A stretch of 64,000 nucleotides of DNA, from the sequence record PP456877.1, one strand, 5' to 3'. The notes beneath the pieces were generated by a model. It worked only from the letters and a program-made list of their open reading frames with translations. It ran no database searches and was not told the DNA's origin. The position numbers and the translations under genes are program-made. Of this stretch, positions 37,147 through 46,346 are shown one piece after another (within the stretch, counting starts at the first letter, position 1; each line of letters starts with the position of its first letter).

Positions 37147-38568
37147 TTACATACCAGCTTTCTGCCGGAAGAAGTGTAGAACGAGTTGCCGCTTACCTTC
37201 AGGGATGAAACGTGCAAGATAGTTAATATCTACCTGATAAAGCGCATCTGATACATCACTAGTAAATAGGCAGAATAGAGTAAGAAGATTAATGTGTGCT
37301 TCTTGACGGTTATTCTGAGTAGGTAGAGTAGCAACAAAGCGAAGTGCGTTAGATTCACTAAATAGAGTATTACGATTTTTCTTAACGAAATCAAAGATAA
37401 TATCCATGCCTGATTTAAAGCCTTCAATATCTTCGATTGTCATTACGTAGTTGAATACATCATCTAGTTTCTTTTGTGCATCGCCACCACGTTCGATAGT
37501 GATATAGTCACCAGGTTTAGCACCAGTGGCAAACTGCTCTAGACGAGATTCGATAAATACTTGGTTCATTTTGGTCATACCTTTACGAAGTACAGGTTCA
37601 TTAGATGTTGATTCACTATTCAAGATTTTAACTTCCCCGGTTGGTTTAATATCATCTTTACCAGAGAATACTTTCCATTGTTCAACAATAGTTTCAATAT
37701 CTTGACTAGTGGTAGGTAAGAATAAGCGATCGCGTAACTCAATAGCAATTTTAAAATCTTTTATCAGATTACTATTTTTAATAAGTCCTTCAGCCCAGTC
37801 TTCAAGCTCTGCTGTCGTCCAATCGGTAGGTGGAGCATTATCACGAATAACACTATTGACCCAACTACCACGTAGTGTTTTTGGTGGAGTAATACCTTGT
37901 TTAACAAAATCAACCACTTCTTGGGTAGACCAATCTAGTGGAATATTACTAGTGTGAATACGCAGTTGCTTGACTAATTCTTCAAGCTTGATACTGTCTT
38001 CAGTATTGCGAATATCTTGTTTCAGAGTATCTTCATTAACTACCGGTACAATTACTTCCTCAGTAGTCTCATTCTCTTTAGCCCGTTTAGTTAAAATATC
38101 ATCAGCAATATCTGCGATATCATTAACTACACCAGTTAGACGATGGTTAGCAGCATCGATTAGTTCATCATCTGACCATTCATCATAAGGACGATATTTA
38201 CGGGTTGGGTCAAATACAAAGCTACCGAGTTCAGTTTTACCTTTAGCAATGCCATCATTGGTAAACCATTCAATGACATTTTCATCTGTCCATGTTTCAG
38301 GAATATCATAGCCAGTACGCAGTGCATCTACGTTAACTTTAGCTAATTCTGAAGTATCGTTAACTGCATTAACTGATGAATTAATATCATCTGCTGTAGC
38401 ATATACTTCCTCAGGAGATACTAATTCAATATTTGTTAATCCTCGACCAATTTCAGAAGTTGGCTTTTCTTCAGTTTCTTCTGATAAAACTTCGTCTTTG
38501 ACAATGGGTTTTTCAGGTAAACGATTGAGTTGAGGAAACTTTCCAAATCGTTGATTCTTTTTAGACAT
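37147..38568 (-). CDS. Conserved protein with internal repeat (gp81 position)
   Basis: 473 aa with two copies of a W-containing module. Confidence 0.75.
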   Translation of the reverse strand: MSKKNQRFGKFPQLNRLPEKPIVKDEVLSEETEEKPTSEIGRGLTNIELVSPEEVYATADDINSSVNAVNDTSELAKVNVDALRTGYDIPETWTDENVIEWFTNDGIAKGKTELGSFVFDPTRKYRPYDEWSDDELIDAANHRLTGVVNDIADIADDILTKRAKENETTEEVIVPVVNEDTLKQDIRNTEDSIKLEELVKQLRIHTSNIPLDWSTQEVVDFVKQGITPPKTLRGSWVNSVIRDNAPPTDWTTAELEDWAEGLIKNSNLIKDFKIAIELRDRLFLPTTSQDIETIVEQWKVFSGKDDIKPTGEVKILNSESTSNEPVLRKGMTKMNQVFIESRLEQFATGAKPGDYITIERGGDAQKKLDDVFNYVMTIEDIEGFKSGMDIIFDFVKKNRNTLFSESNALRFVATLPTQNNRQEAHINLLTLFCLFTSDVSDALYQVDINYLARFIPEGKRQLVLHFFRQKAGM

Positions 38569-38630
38569 TACTAGTTCCTTTCGGGTTATAATCTAAATAA
38601 TGGAGAAGCTGAGTAACTTCTCCATCTATT

Positions 38631-39989
38631 TTAACTGATGCGATCGCGATAAGACCATTTAACAGTCTTAAGAACAGCACTGTGCATTTTAGACATGAAG
38701 ATGGATAGGAATCGACCACCAACACCTGCTGCCGCTGCCGGTATGCCATTAGGGTTCTCTGACATTTGTTTACCCATACAGACAGCGCATACGTTCTTAC
38801 CTCTACCTATTACACCATTAGCTGGATCACCACCAGCCTTACATGTCATTGGACCACGTAGTTCAATCTCAGTGCCAACTAGTTCATCAATATTAGTTTC
38901 TTCAATAAGGATAGATTTCCCATTCTTAACATAAGACAAGCCAATGAAATCTTTCTTATTAAATTGATGAACAGTGGTTGGAATACCTATCCATGTATTG
39001 CAGTCTTCCATAATAATCCTGACTGTACCAACCATTCGATAAATCGTTTTAGTTGACTCACCGCCAAGGGCTGTTTGTGCACCACGGTTATATGAGCCAT
39101 AACGTAATGAGTTATTCATTACTGGCATATGGTCAGTGTCAATGCCTTCTTCCAATGATTTACCGATATATTCAACTGATGTACCATCTTGGAATGGTGC
39201 TTCCCCACCAAACATACCAAATACTTTCTTACGCACGCCACCAAATAATTTACTATGTTTAGTGTCATAGAACTCATAAGAAGGATCGTCTTTTAGATAG
39301 TCCTCATCTAGCTTGATTAATGCATTACCCATTTCTGCAATAACAGCCGGATCATCTAACCGATCTTTATATTTCTCTTCTAGTTCTTTACGTAACTTAT
39401 CTCTGTCTGGTGCGGAGGTCATTGATTTCTCAGTAATGGATGTTACCAAGGTACTAGCATATGCTGGCAATGCTAAACAATGATCTGCAAACATCCGATA
39501 TTGCCATACATATAACTTACCATCAGTTGCACGCGGTGGATTATCATCATCAATTGGATCATCGATCATGCGGTTAAGAATTTCTTTCTCAACTTTACCA
39601 ATATCGAAATAACCAGATTGGAATGGGAACAGATCACCAAAAGGTAAACATAATACTAAATGGTTAACAAAAACGTTACCATAAGTTGTTCTTAATGCAC
39701 CTGGTCCTTTATAGTTTTCAATTTCACCAGGTTGTAAAATGAATTCATCTCGAAATGCTAATGGTTGTTTACCTTCAATATAATCGTCGATATAAACAAC
39801 TTCATCATTAGAATCGCCTTCTTTATAGAAGAACATTTTACCATCTTTGAAATATGGCTTGTATAGATATTCACCACCATCATTTGGGTTATAAACGATA
39901 TTAAATAAAACGTTAACCCATGCTCGTTTCTTATCTAATCCAGCATTGATACCCATTAGAAAATAATCACGTAATTTCATTAGTATCAC
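38631..39989 (-). CDS. gp80: Virion RNA polymerase beta-prime-like subunit (gp80; alternative start 39980)
   Basis: Bridge helix RGAQTALGGESTK..MEDCNT, Zn site LRGPMTC..CAVCMG, trigger loop GGRFLSIFMSKMH. Confidence 0.9.
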   Translation of the reverse strand: MILMKLRDYFLMGINAGLDKKRAWVNVLFNIVYNPNDGGEYLYKPYFKDGKMFFYKEGDSNDEVVYIDDYIEGKQPLAFRDEFILQPGEIENYKGPGALRTTYGNVFVNHLVLCLPFGDLFPFQSGYFDIGKVEKEILNRMIDDPIDDDNPPRATDGKLYVWQYRMFADHCLALPAYASTLVTSITEKSMTSAPDRDKLRKELEEKYKDRLDDPAVIAEMGNALIKLDEDYLKDDPSYEFYDTKHSKLFGGVRKKVFGMFGGEAPFQDGTSVEYIGKSLEEGIDTDHMPVMNNSLRYGSYNRGAQTALGGESTKTIYRMVGTVRIIMEDCNTWIGIPTTVHQFNKKDFIGLSYVKNGKSILIEETNIDELVGTEIELRGPMTCKAGGDPANGVIGRGKNVCAVCMGKQMSENPNGIPAAAAGVGGRFLSIFMSKMHSAVLKTVKWSYRDRIS

Positions 39990-40824
39990 CTATGCTATTT
40001 AAAATCTTTTTAGCTTCATTTTCCATAATAGATCGTTCAATATTGTTAGATGTGAAATCATCTATAATACCCATTACCGTTCTACTAATTTCATTCTGTT
40101 CAGTATTTGAAATTAATACCAATCCGACAATTTCTTTAGCAACTTCAATAGGCGTCATAGCATCTAATGGGCCAAATGAAATTTGTAATAGGGCATCAAT
40201 ATTCCTTTTACCAACACGTAATCCTGCATTAACTAGTTCCATAGCTAACTTAAATGATGCGCGCGTATGAATACGAATAAGGCGATTAATTAAATTAATC
40301 CGTTCGACATTACTTACATTTCCATATGCTTGACCACGGGTAGTAAGTACTGACTGAATAAATGATGTAATATTACTAATAAGTGTTGGTGATACACTTT
40401 CAATTAAGTCAATGATATTTAAGAAATCTACACTTGTATCGATAAGTTCTACTAGATGTGCTAATGTCTCTTCGGGTGAATATTCAGCTAACAGGATATC
40501 ATTCACTTCATCTGGAATAATGTAATCTTCTAAACTAAGGAGTGTATTAACAACAGCTTGCCGTTCGGCCTGAGTTGCTTCATCACTAATTTTAATAAGA
40601 TGTTCATTTAGAATTTCATCTTGTGCAATGCGAATGATATCATCAATGCGAGAAAGAAGCATTGCATTATCTGAGATACCTGATTGAATCTGACATACTG
40701 TATTTAGTTCATCTAGAGCTGCAACATAATTGATCTTTTCAAAAGATGCTACACAGTCTAGGATAACTTCTTTACGCTCTTCATGTATAAGAGGCGTAAG
40801 ATAACTATCAATGAAATCTTTCAT
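39967..40824 (-). CDS. Conserved protein (gp79 position)
   Basis: Start reassigned to MKDFID (AAGGA RBS). Confidence 0.7.
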   Translation of the reverse strand: MKDFIDSYLTPLIHEERKEVILDCVASFEKINYVAALDELNTVCQIQSGISDNAMLLSRIDDIIRIAQDEILNEHLIKISDEATQAERQAVVNTLLSLEDYIIPDEVNDILLAEYSPEETLAHLVELIDTSVDFLNIIDLIESVSPTLISNITSFIQSVLTTRGQAYGNVSNVERINLINRLIRIHTRASFKLAMELVNAGLRVGKRNIDALLQISFGPLDAMTPIEVAKEIVGLVLISNTEQNEISRTVMGIIDDFTSNNIERSIMENEAKKILNSIGDTNEIT

Positions 40825-40995
40825 GACGATATCCTTTTTATACGGAATTATTAACATAGGGTTGGACAGATAGTTATTCTTTAATATAGTGTAAAATTAC
40901 CAAATGTGTTAAATATATGTTGAACTAATCATTTTTTTCATTTGTCAATTTATATTGGCAAATATTAAATTAAGCCTCTATCGGAGTATAACAAG

Positions 40996-41490
40996 ATGTC
41001 AAATAAAGCTAAAGAACCAACTCTAACTAAAGAACAGGAAAAGACTCTACGTCTATTTGAACGTGCAGTTGGAGCATCAGCTGCGGCAGCTGATCATATT
41101 CTTAACCGTGATGGTTGGGATGTTGTCAATGTACTAGCAGGTTCTGTAGGTAAGCGTATTCTACAAACTGAAGTATTCATTAATCCAGTTATCAATAAGA
41201 TCAATGAAATCATTCCGACATTATCTGATCCTACTGGATTCCAAAAGAACCTACAAACAGTTATTGCTGACCTTAATCGACTAACTAAAATTATCAGTGT
41301 CCTATATGCACAACATCAAGGTAAGGCTGGTCCAGCAAATAATGAAGATGAACTAAAACTCATCAGTGAACTTGTTACTAAATACACTGGTATTGAAGGT
41401 GCTATTGAACGCGGTATTGATGGTGTAATCCTAGCGATGATCGGCACTCTTCGAGAAGCTGGTTGGGACGAAAAACTAATTCAACAATAA
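40996..41490 (+). CDS. Conserved helical protein (gp78 position)
   Basis: GGAG RBS, first gene of the plus-strand operon. Confidence 0.75.
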   Translation: MSNKAKEPTLTKEQEKTLRLFERAVGASAAAADHILNRDGWDVVNVLAGSVGKRILQTEVFINPVINKINEIIPTLSDPTGFQKNLQTVIADLNRLTKIISVLYAQHQGKAGPANNEDELKLISELVTKYTGIEGAIERGIDGVILAMIGTLREAGWDEKLIQQ

Positions 41491-41501
41491 TGGAGTTTTA
41501 A

Positions 41502-43103
41502 ATGGCTACTGCTGACTTCGATAATGAGTACGATGATACTCCAGAAGAGAATTTACTAGATCAAATTGATGAGATCAATGCGCAACACGATCCTGACTCT
41601 AGTATTGAAAATAATGACGAGGTGGAAACTCCACCTTTCGTTTCTGATCAAAAAGAAATTAAACTACGTATTCCACGTAATGCTAAAACTGGAAATATCC
41701 GGGATGCTTCTGAACCGGCTATTAAAGATAGTGCTAGCATTCTTACTTTGCTACGTGAGAACCCCCAGACTGTTTATAATTTCCTGGATCACAATAAAGA
41801 ACTATTTAAAGCATTTGCTGATAATAAAATAGATGACACTAGTGACGGTGTAAAGTGGACAGCTGCTATTCTGGAAGGCTTAGCTCACTCTATTGTTGAA
41901 GATGCACCAATCGGTGCAACTGCCCGAGAAGGTTCTGAATGGTCTAGTGAAATTCCTTATGGTGAAAAGATCATTCGCCCAGGCCGACCTGTATTTAATA
42001 CCAATGGTCGTAAAATGACCGATGATGAAACTCTAGTTTTCCTAACACGTAAAGCTAACATCGGTACGCCATATGATACTTTCCTACCTCATTCAGGTAT
42101 TTGGGTAAAACTACGTGCACCTACTGGTACTGAAGTAGCTGCCCTACAAGCACGTCTAGCACAATTAAAGATCCGACTAGGTGCTGAATCAAAAGGTATG
42201 CTGTTCTCAAACATGGCAGCTGTATTACTTAACATGGTTAGTAGTTTAGCACTTGCATGTGTTATTCAATCCAACTATAAGTTCAACACTCCAACTGACC
42301 TAGAGCATGTTATCTCAGTAGCTGATGAACCATTCTTACATCATGCACTAGCAGCGACTATGTATCCAGATGGATTTAATTATAGTTATCCATGTATTGC
42401 AGATGCCAATACATGTAACCATATTGAAACAGCGAAACTTAATATGTCAACGCTTGTTCAATATGATCTACTGGCATTCTCAGAAGAACAAAAGAAATAT
42501 ATTGCACGTAAGTTTAATGCATGTACTGAATCTGATCTTAAGACTTATAAAGAAGGATTCCGTATTGAAACTCAAGTAACTGAAATGTTTGGTGACGTTG
42601 GTGTTGTTCTTGAGATGTGCACAATTGCTGACCGCCGAGAGTCTGGTGATAGTTGGATTAACTCAATTATCGATATGACTCAAGGTAGTTTTAATGAACC
42701 AGTTGATGGACCGCAACGTTCTCAGTATATTGCACGTTTACAAAAGATCTCTATTGCCCGTCAGTTCTCACATTTTGTTAAAGAGATTAAAGTACGTGAA
42801 GATGATGATGGTGAAAGTTCTGAGGATAATATCCGCACTGCAACTACTAACCGTGAAACTATTGAAAAGTTCTTAACTAATATTCTATCCACACCGGAAT
42901 ATAATGATCGCTTTATTAATGCGGTAAGTAACTTCATTGATTCACAACTAATTGGTATGATTGCAATTACAAGTTGGAATTGCCCAGTATGTGAGTCACC
43001 TGCCGCTACTAAATTTAAAGAACGTTTCCCACACCTAATCCCTATTGACATGCTGTCAACTTTTTTTACTTTGGCGGCCTCGAAGTCAAACCGGATGGTG
43101 TAG
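41502..43103 (+). CDS. Putative tail/baseplate-hub assembly chaperone, T4 gp26-like (gp77 position)
   Basis: WVKLRAP..E, ADEPFL..YPC..C..NM and terminal CPVC resemble the gp26/TAC pattern (by eye). Confidence 0.6.
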   Translation: MATADFDNEYDDTPEENLLDQIDEINAQHDPDSSIENNDEVETPPFVSDQKEIKLRIPRNAKTGNIRDASEPAIKDSASILTLLRENPQTVYNFLDHNKELFKAFADNKIDDTSDGVKWTAAILEGLAHSIVEDAPIGATAREGSEWSSEIPYGEKIIRPGRPVFNTNGRKMTDDETLVFLTRKANIGTPYDTFLPHSGIWVKLRAPTGTEVAALQARLAQLKIRLGAESKGMLFSNMAAVLLNMVSSLALACVIQSNYKFNTPTDLEHVISVADEPFLHHALAATMYPDGFNYSYPCIADANTCNHIETAKLNMSTLVQYDLLAFSEEQKKYIARKFNACTESDLKTYKEGFRIETQVTEMFGDVGVVLEMCTIADRRESGDSWINSIIDMTQGSFNEPVDGPQRSQYIARLQKISIARQFSHFVKEIKVREDDDGESSEDNIRTATTNRETIEKFLTNILSTPEYNDRFINAVSNFIDSQLIGMIAITSWNCPVCESPAATKFKERFPHLIPIDMLSTFFTLAASKSNRMV

Positions 43104-43564
43104 TTAATGATCTGAGATATAGTCGTCTTGAGGCCACTTTCAAGGAAGATAGTGGCCACATCCTACATCCAAACTTTGGTTATGATAAGTTAACTGAAGA
43201 TGATACACACTTAGATAGACTATTATCGACAGTAGGGGCAGTAAGACCGTCTACAGCAGCACGTTTAACAAGAGAAGCATATCTACTTGATTATGATATC
43301 GGTTCACCAGAAAACGGACCCATGTGGTTAAATAAGGTGAATCCTAAAGAGGATTTTATCGAAGGTGGGTTGAGAAGGAGACTGACTAGAGATTTCTTCA
43401 AGTATAAAGTAGGTAGCTTATCTAATATGTCATTAACTGAATTCTTTGAATTAGCTTATTCTGAGGTAGAATACATAATTGAATTATGTAGAAATATTAC
43501 CCATAATGAAGCTGTTAATAACAATAATCAGTTAAATGAATTAAACAAGCCGTTAACTAAATAA
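43067..43564 (+). CDS. -1 frame extension of gp77 (GT-like C-terminal domain)
   Basis: Frame is open 43049-43561 with no ATG, GTG or TTG until 43322. It is entered by T TTT TTT at 43061-43067. Confidence 0.7.
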   Translation, partial: YFGGLEVKPDGVVNDLRYSRLEATFKEDSGHILHPNFGYDKLTEDDTHLDRLLSTVGAVRPSTAARLTREAYLLDYDIGSPENGPMWLNKVNPKEDFIEGGLRRRLTRDFFKYKVGSLSNMSLTEFFELAYSEVEYIIELCRNITHNEAVNNNNQLNELNKPLTK

Positions 43565-43580
43565 AAAAAAATAAAGACAG

Positions 43581-43603
43581 CCCCCTCTCCATGTGGAGAG
43601 GGG
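43581..43603. terminator. Bidirectional terminator
   Basis: CCCCTCTCC-atgt-GGAGAGGGG between convergent units. Confidence 0.8.
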
Positions 43604-43614
43604 TTTATGTCGCC

Positions 43615-43758
43615 TTACTTACGTGCAAAGCTAGCTACAAGACCTTTGATAGCTAGAGCGACCATCCAGGCAGTTAACCCTTTCATTGGGCGGATATCAA
43701 TCCGTTCTTCGATATCCAGATTGCCCTCACTATTGATTACCTCAATTCGTACTTGCAT
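43615..43758 (-). CDS. Small protein, 47 aa (not in ORF track)
   Basis: TAAGGAG RBS then MQVRIEVINSEGNLDIEERIDIRPMKGLTAWMVALAIKGLVASFARK*. Confidence 0.8.
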   Translation of the reverse strand: MQVRIEVINSEGNLDIEERIDIRPMKGLTAWMVALAIKGLVASFARK

Positions 43759-43853
43759 GGTCTACTCCTTATCAGGATGGGATATGATCTTCAAAAGTCT
43801 TTTGATATAAAGATGGCATATTACCCCACCAATAAAAGGCGGGGTAATATTTA

Positions 43854-44048
43854 TTAAACCATCAGATATCCTAATGGAAATAAAGCAAAGAAGCCATATA
43901 AAACAACAAGCAGTGTCTTTTGGCGAACATACCGGGATTTAATACTATCTTTATCTAAGTCAAACTTGACATAAAGATAAATCTGATAACATTTATATCC
44001 CATACTAGCCACAAGGGCTATTACTATAAGTTGACACAAAAAGACCAT
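43854..44048 (-). CDS. Small two-TM protein
   Basis: Two hydrophobic helices separated by a basic loop. Confidence 0.75.
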   Translation of the reverse strand: MVFLCQLIVIALVASMGYKCYQIYLYVKFDLDKDSIKSRYVRQKTLLVVLYGFFALFPLGYLMV

Positions 44049-44103
44049 AGTGGGATGCTCTTATTATTAGAGAACAATGATCAATTGTTCTTTCATAGCA
44101 TGT

Positions 44104-44295
44104 CTATTTAATATGCATGATTATCATATTAAATAACCACAACCCTAACATAAGGGTAAACATGCTGCAAATCAAACCACCTATAATAATTGTTTTTTGT
44201 TTGATTGTTTTAGCAGCAGCAAGAAATATAATTGAGGTTATTAATCCACTAAATGCAATTAATAGTGGTATCAGAAATAACAATACCCGAGCCAT
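44104..44295 (-). CDS. Small two-TM protein
   Basis: GAGG RBS; hydrophobic hairpin. Confidence 0.8.
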   Translation of the reverse strand: MARVLLFLIPLLIAFSGLITSIIFLAAAKTIKQKTIIIGGLICSMFTLMLGLWLFNMIIMHIK

Positions 44296-44307
44296 ATAGA
44301 CACCTCA

Positions 44308-44565
44308 TCAAAATAGATAGGTTGTACATGTCAGTGAATAGTTAGTCCAGCAACTAACAATAGTGCTTACCCATATAGTAACTAATACAATGCTTACGGA
44401 GAGGAAAAGCATAGCGTACTGACATGCACTTTTATTAAAGATATCTTTAAACTCAAGATATGTTTTAATAATAAATAGCAGCATGCATGTTAGAAGAATA
44501 TCAACTAAGATCAAAGTACTGACTAGAAGCCATGTTGCACCAAAGATCTGATCAACTGTATACAT
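44308..44565 (-). CDS. Small two-TM protein, 85 aa
   Basis: Start reassigned to MYTVDQ (GGAG RBS, TAATG overlap). Confidence 0.75.
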   Translation of the reverse strand: MYTVDQIFGATWLLVSTLILVDILLTCMLLFIIKTYLEFKDIFNKSACQYAMLFLSVSIVLVTIWVSTIVSCWTNYSLTCTTYLF

Positions 44566-44630
44566 TATTTCCACTCCCATAGTTTATAAGCTATAACTAC
44601 AATTGTAATCATAATCAATTTTTTCTTCAT
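44565..44630 (-). CDS. 21-aa TM peptide (not in ORF track)
   Basis: MKKKLIMITIVVIAYKLWEWK*. AGGG RBS, TAATG coupling to the next gene, first ORF after the early promoter. Confidence 0.55.
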   Translation of the reverse strand: MKKKLIMITIVVIAYKLWEWK

Positions 44631-44659
44631 TGTAAATACCCTATAGTTTTATCACATTT

Positions 44660-44690
44660 GTAATATACCTTTTAAAAAGATTTAAATGCA
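44660..44690 (-). promoter_or_regulatory. phiKZ-type early promoter
   Basis: TATATTAC on the minus strand at 44660-44667, just downstream of the terminator at 44711-44734. Confidence 0.8.
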
Positions 44691-44749
44691 AAAAAATAAA
44701 AAAAAGCATAATCCCTCCCAACTAAGGGAGGGATCATTTATGCCATTTA

Positions 44750-46288
44750 CTATAAACGCATCATGCGCATACTTTTAGTTTTACCCATGAAATGATTTTC
44801 TTTATTTCTGGCGTATCTGCAATGATGAGGTATGTTATTACAAACCATGAATGTTAACCTTGGTATTACATCAGGCCAGTTCTTCAATGGTCTTAGTCGT
44901 CCAAGAATTTGGATGCTGTCCTTTTTAGAGTCAGTTGCTTGTAATAGAATAACTTCCCTTAAATTCCTAATATCAACACCAGTACCAGATGATTTAATAG
45001 TTGATACAGTGATGTCATTAGTCATTAATCTATCATACGGACTACCCGAAACATGTCTATTAATCTGAAGATCTGGATATTGTTTCTTAAGATAATCTGT
45101 CAGTACATCGATAAAGTTTACAGTCGCGCATAATAGCAAACATTTCTGACCTTCAATACGATCCTTTATATAAACACCATCTACAATACGTTTAACCATC
45201 TTTAGATAGAAGTCTAGTCGCCTAGGGTTCTTCATCATTACTGTTTCATAACGAGCATGGTTATATGTATTTTTAAATGGAGTTAAATAGTCCTTAGGTT
45301 TAATAGTTGGTTCACTATATAACAAGCCAATAACATTGATGTATGAGTCATATGCAGGTAACCTACACTTTGTAGTAGCAGGTAGCATGACATCAATCAT
45401 TTTAGTAACAAACTGATTACCAGTGTATGGAGTAGCTGATAAATAGATTTGTTTATTGACATTGGTATATAGATCAGTACGAAATACTAATCCTGGATCT
45501 TCTTGAATCTCATCATTGATCTGCCAACCTGCTCCAATAACCTCATGGAATCTAGGTGGTGGTACATTAAATCCAACTACATCGATTTTTTCACCTAATC
45601 GTTCGAAAGTATCGATATATGCACGGTATGTTGTAGAACTAATGAGAATAATTTCAACACCTTCTAAATCATTCTCTAGTCCGCGATTAATTAGATTCTG
45701 TAACTCAGCAGATCCAGATACTTTTAAATATTTTATACCTAGCTGATCTTCATAACCAACAAATGTTTCTTTTAATGCTTTCTCCCAAATACCGAAATAT
45801 TTAGGTGGAATCATAACAACACCACGTTCTTTCATTACTGCAACTGAAGCTAAACTAGTTAAGGTTTTACCTTTACCAGTCTGTAAGTCAACACGGGCTG
45901 AATGTAAATGTGGTCTTAGAATATCTTCGCGGATGGTTTCCTGATAATCCCTTAGAACATAATGTTCAAATAAAGTATAATCTACTTTAACAGCTTTTGG
46001 TACAGGAATATCTACAATTTCAATTCTAGTAGATGGTATATTCTTATCGGCCAGATAATTAATAAGTTCTTGAAGACATTCACGATGGATGAATACAGAT
46101 TTACCATCTTCTGTTTCACCATAATATTTTTTCTTTATTTCCATTATGGTGCGTTGACCAGGTATCTTCTTAGGTTCTTTTAAAACCAGTTTATTAAGAT
46201 ATCCAGTCATCTTTAAGTATGTTTCCCGATCGTAACCGGATAAACGAACACCATGGGTGTATCGTTCTGCTGTAAGAATCGGTTTCAT
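44750..46288 (-). CDS. gp75: Superfamily 2 helicase (gp75)
   Basis: LRDYQ, QTGKGKT, NDEIQ, LSATP, GTGVDI, QILGRL. The start could lie upstream (track gives 46363). Confidence 0.9.
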   Translation of the reverse strand: MKPILTAERYTHGVRLSGYDRETYLKMTGYLNKLVLKEPKKIPGQRTIMEIKKKYYGETEDGKSVFIHRECLQELINYLADKNIPSTRIEIVDIPVPKAVKVDYTLFEHYVLRDYQETIREDILRPHLHSARVDLQTGKGKTLTSLASVAVMKERGVVMIPPKYFGIWEKALKETFVGYEDQLGIKYLKVSGSAELQNLINRGLENDLEGVEIILISSTTYRAYIDTFERLGEKIDVVGFNVPPPRFHEVIGAGWQINDEIQEDPGLVFRTDLYTNVNKQIYLSATPYTGNQFVTKMIDVMLPATTKCRLPAYDSYINVIGLLYSEPTIKPKDYLTPFKNTYNHARYETVMMKNPRRLDFYLKMVKRIVDGVYIKDRIEGQKCLLLCATVNFIDVLTDYLKKQYPDLQINRHVSGSPYDRLMTNDITVSTIKSSGTGVDIRNLREVILLQATDSKKDSIQILGRLRPLKNWPDVIPRLTFMVCNNIPHHCRYARNKENHFMGKTKSMRMMRL

Positions 46289-46346
46289 AAAAAAATCAAC
46301 GATCGGTAAGGGGAGCAGTGCTCCCCAAACCTCACGTCCTCCACGT

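Noticed and set aside
43322-43564. 80-aa stand-alone gene
   Set aside because: No RBS before 43322, and the frame is open for 91 more codons back past the slippery site; better explained as a frameshift extension.
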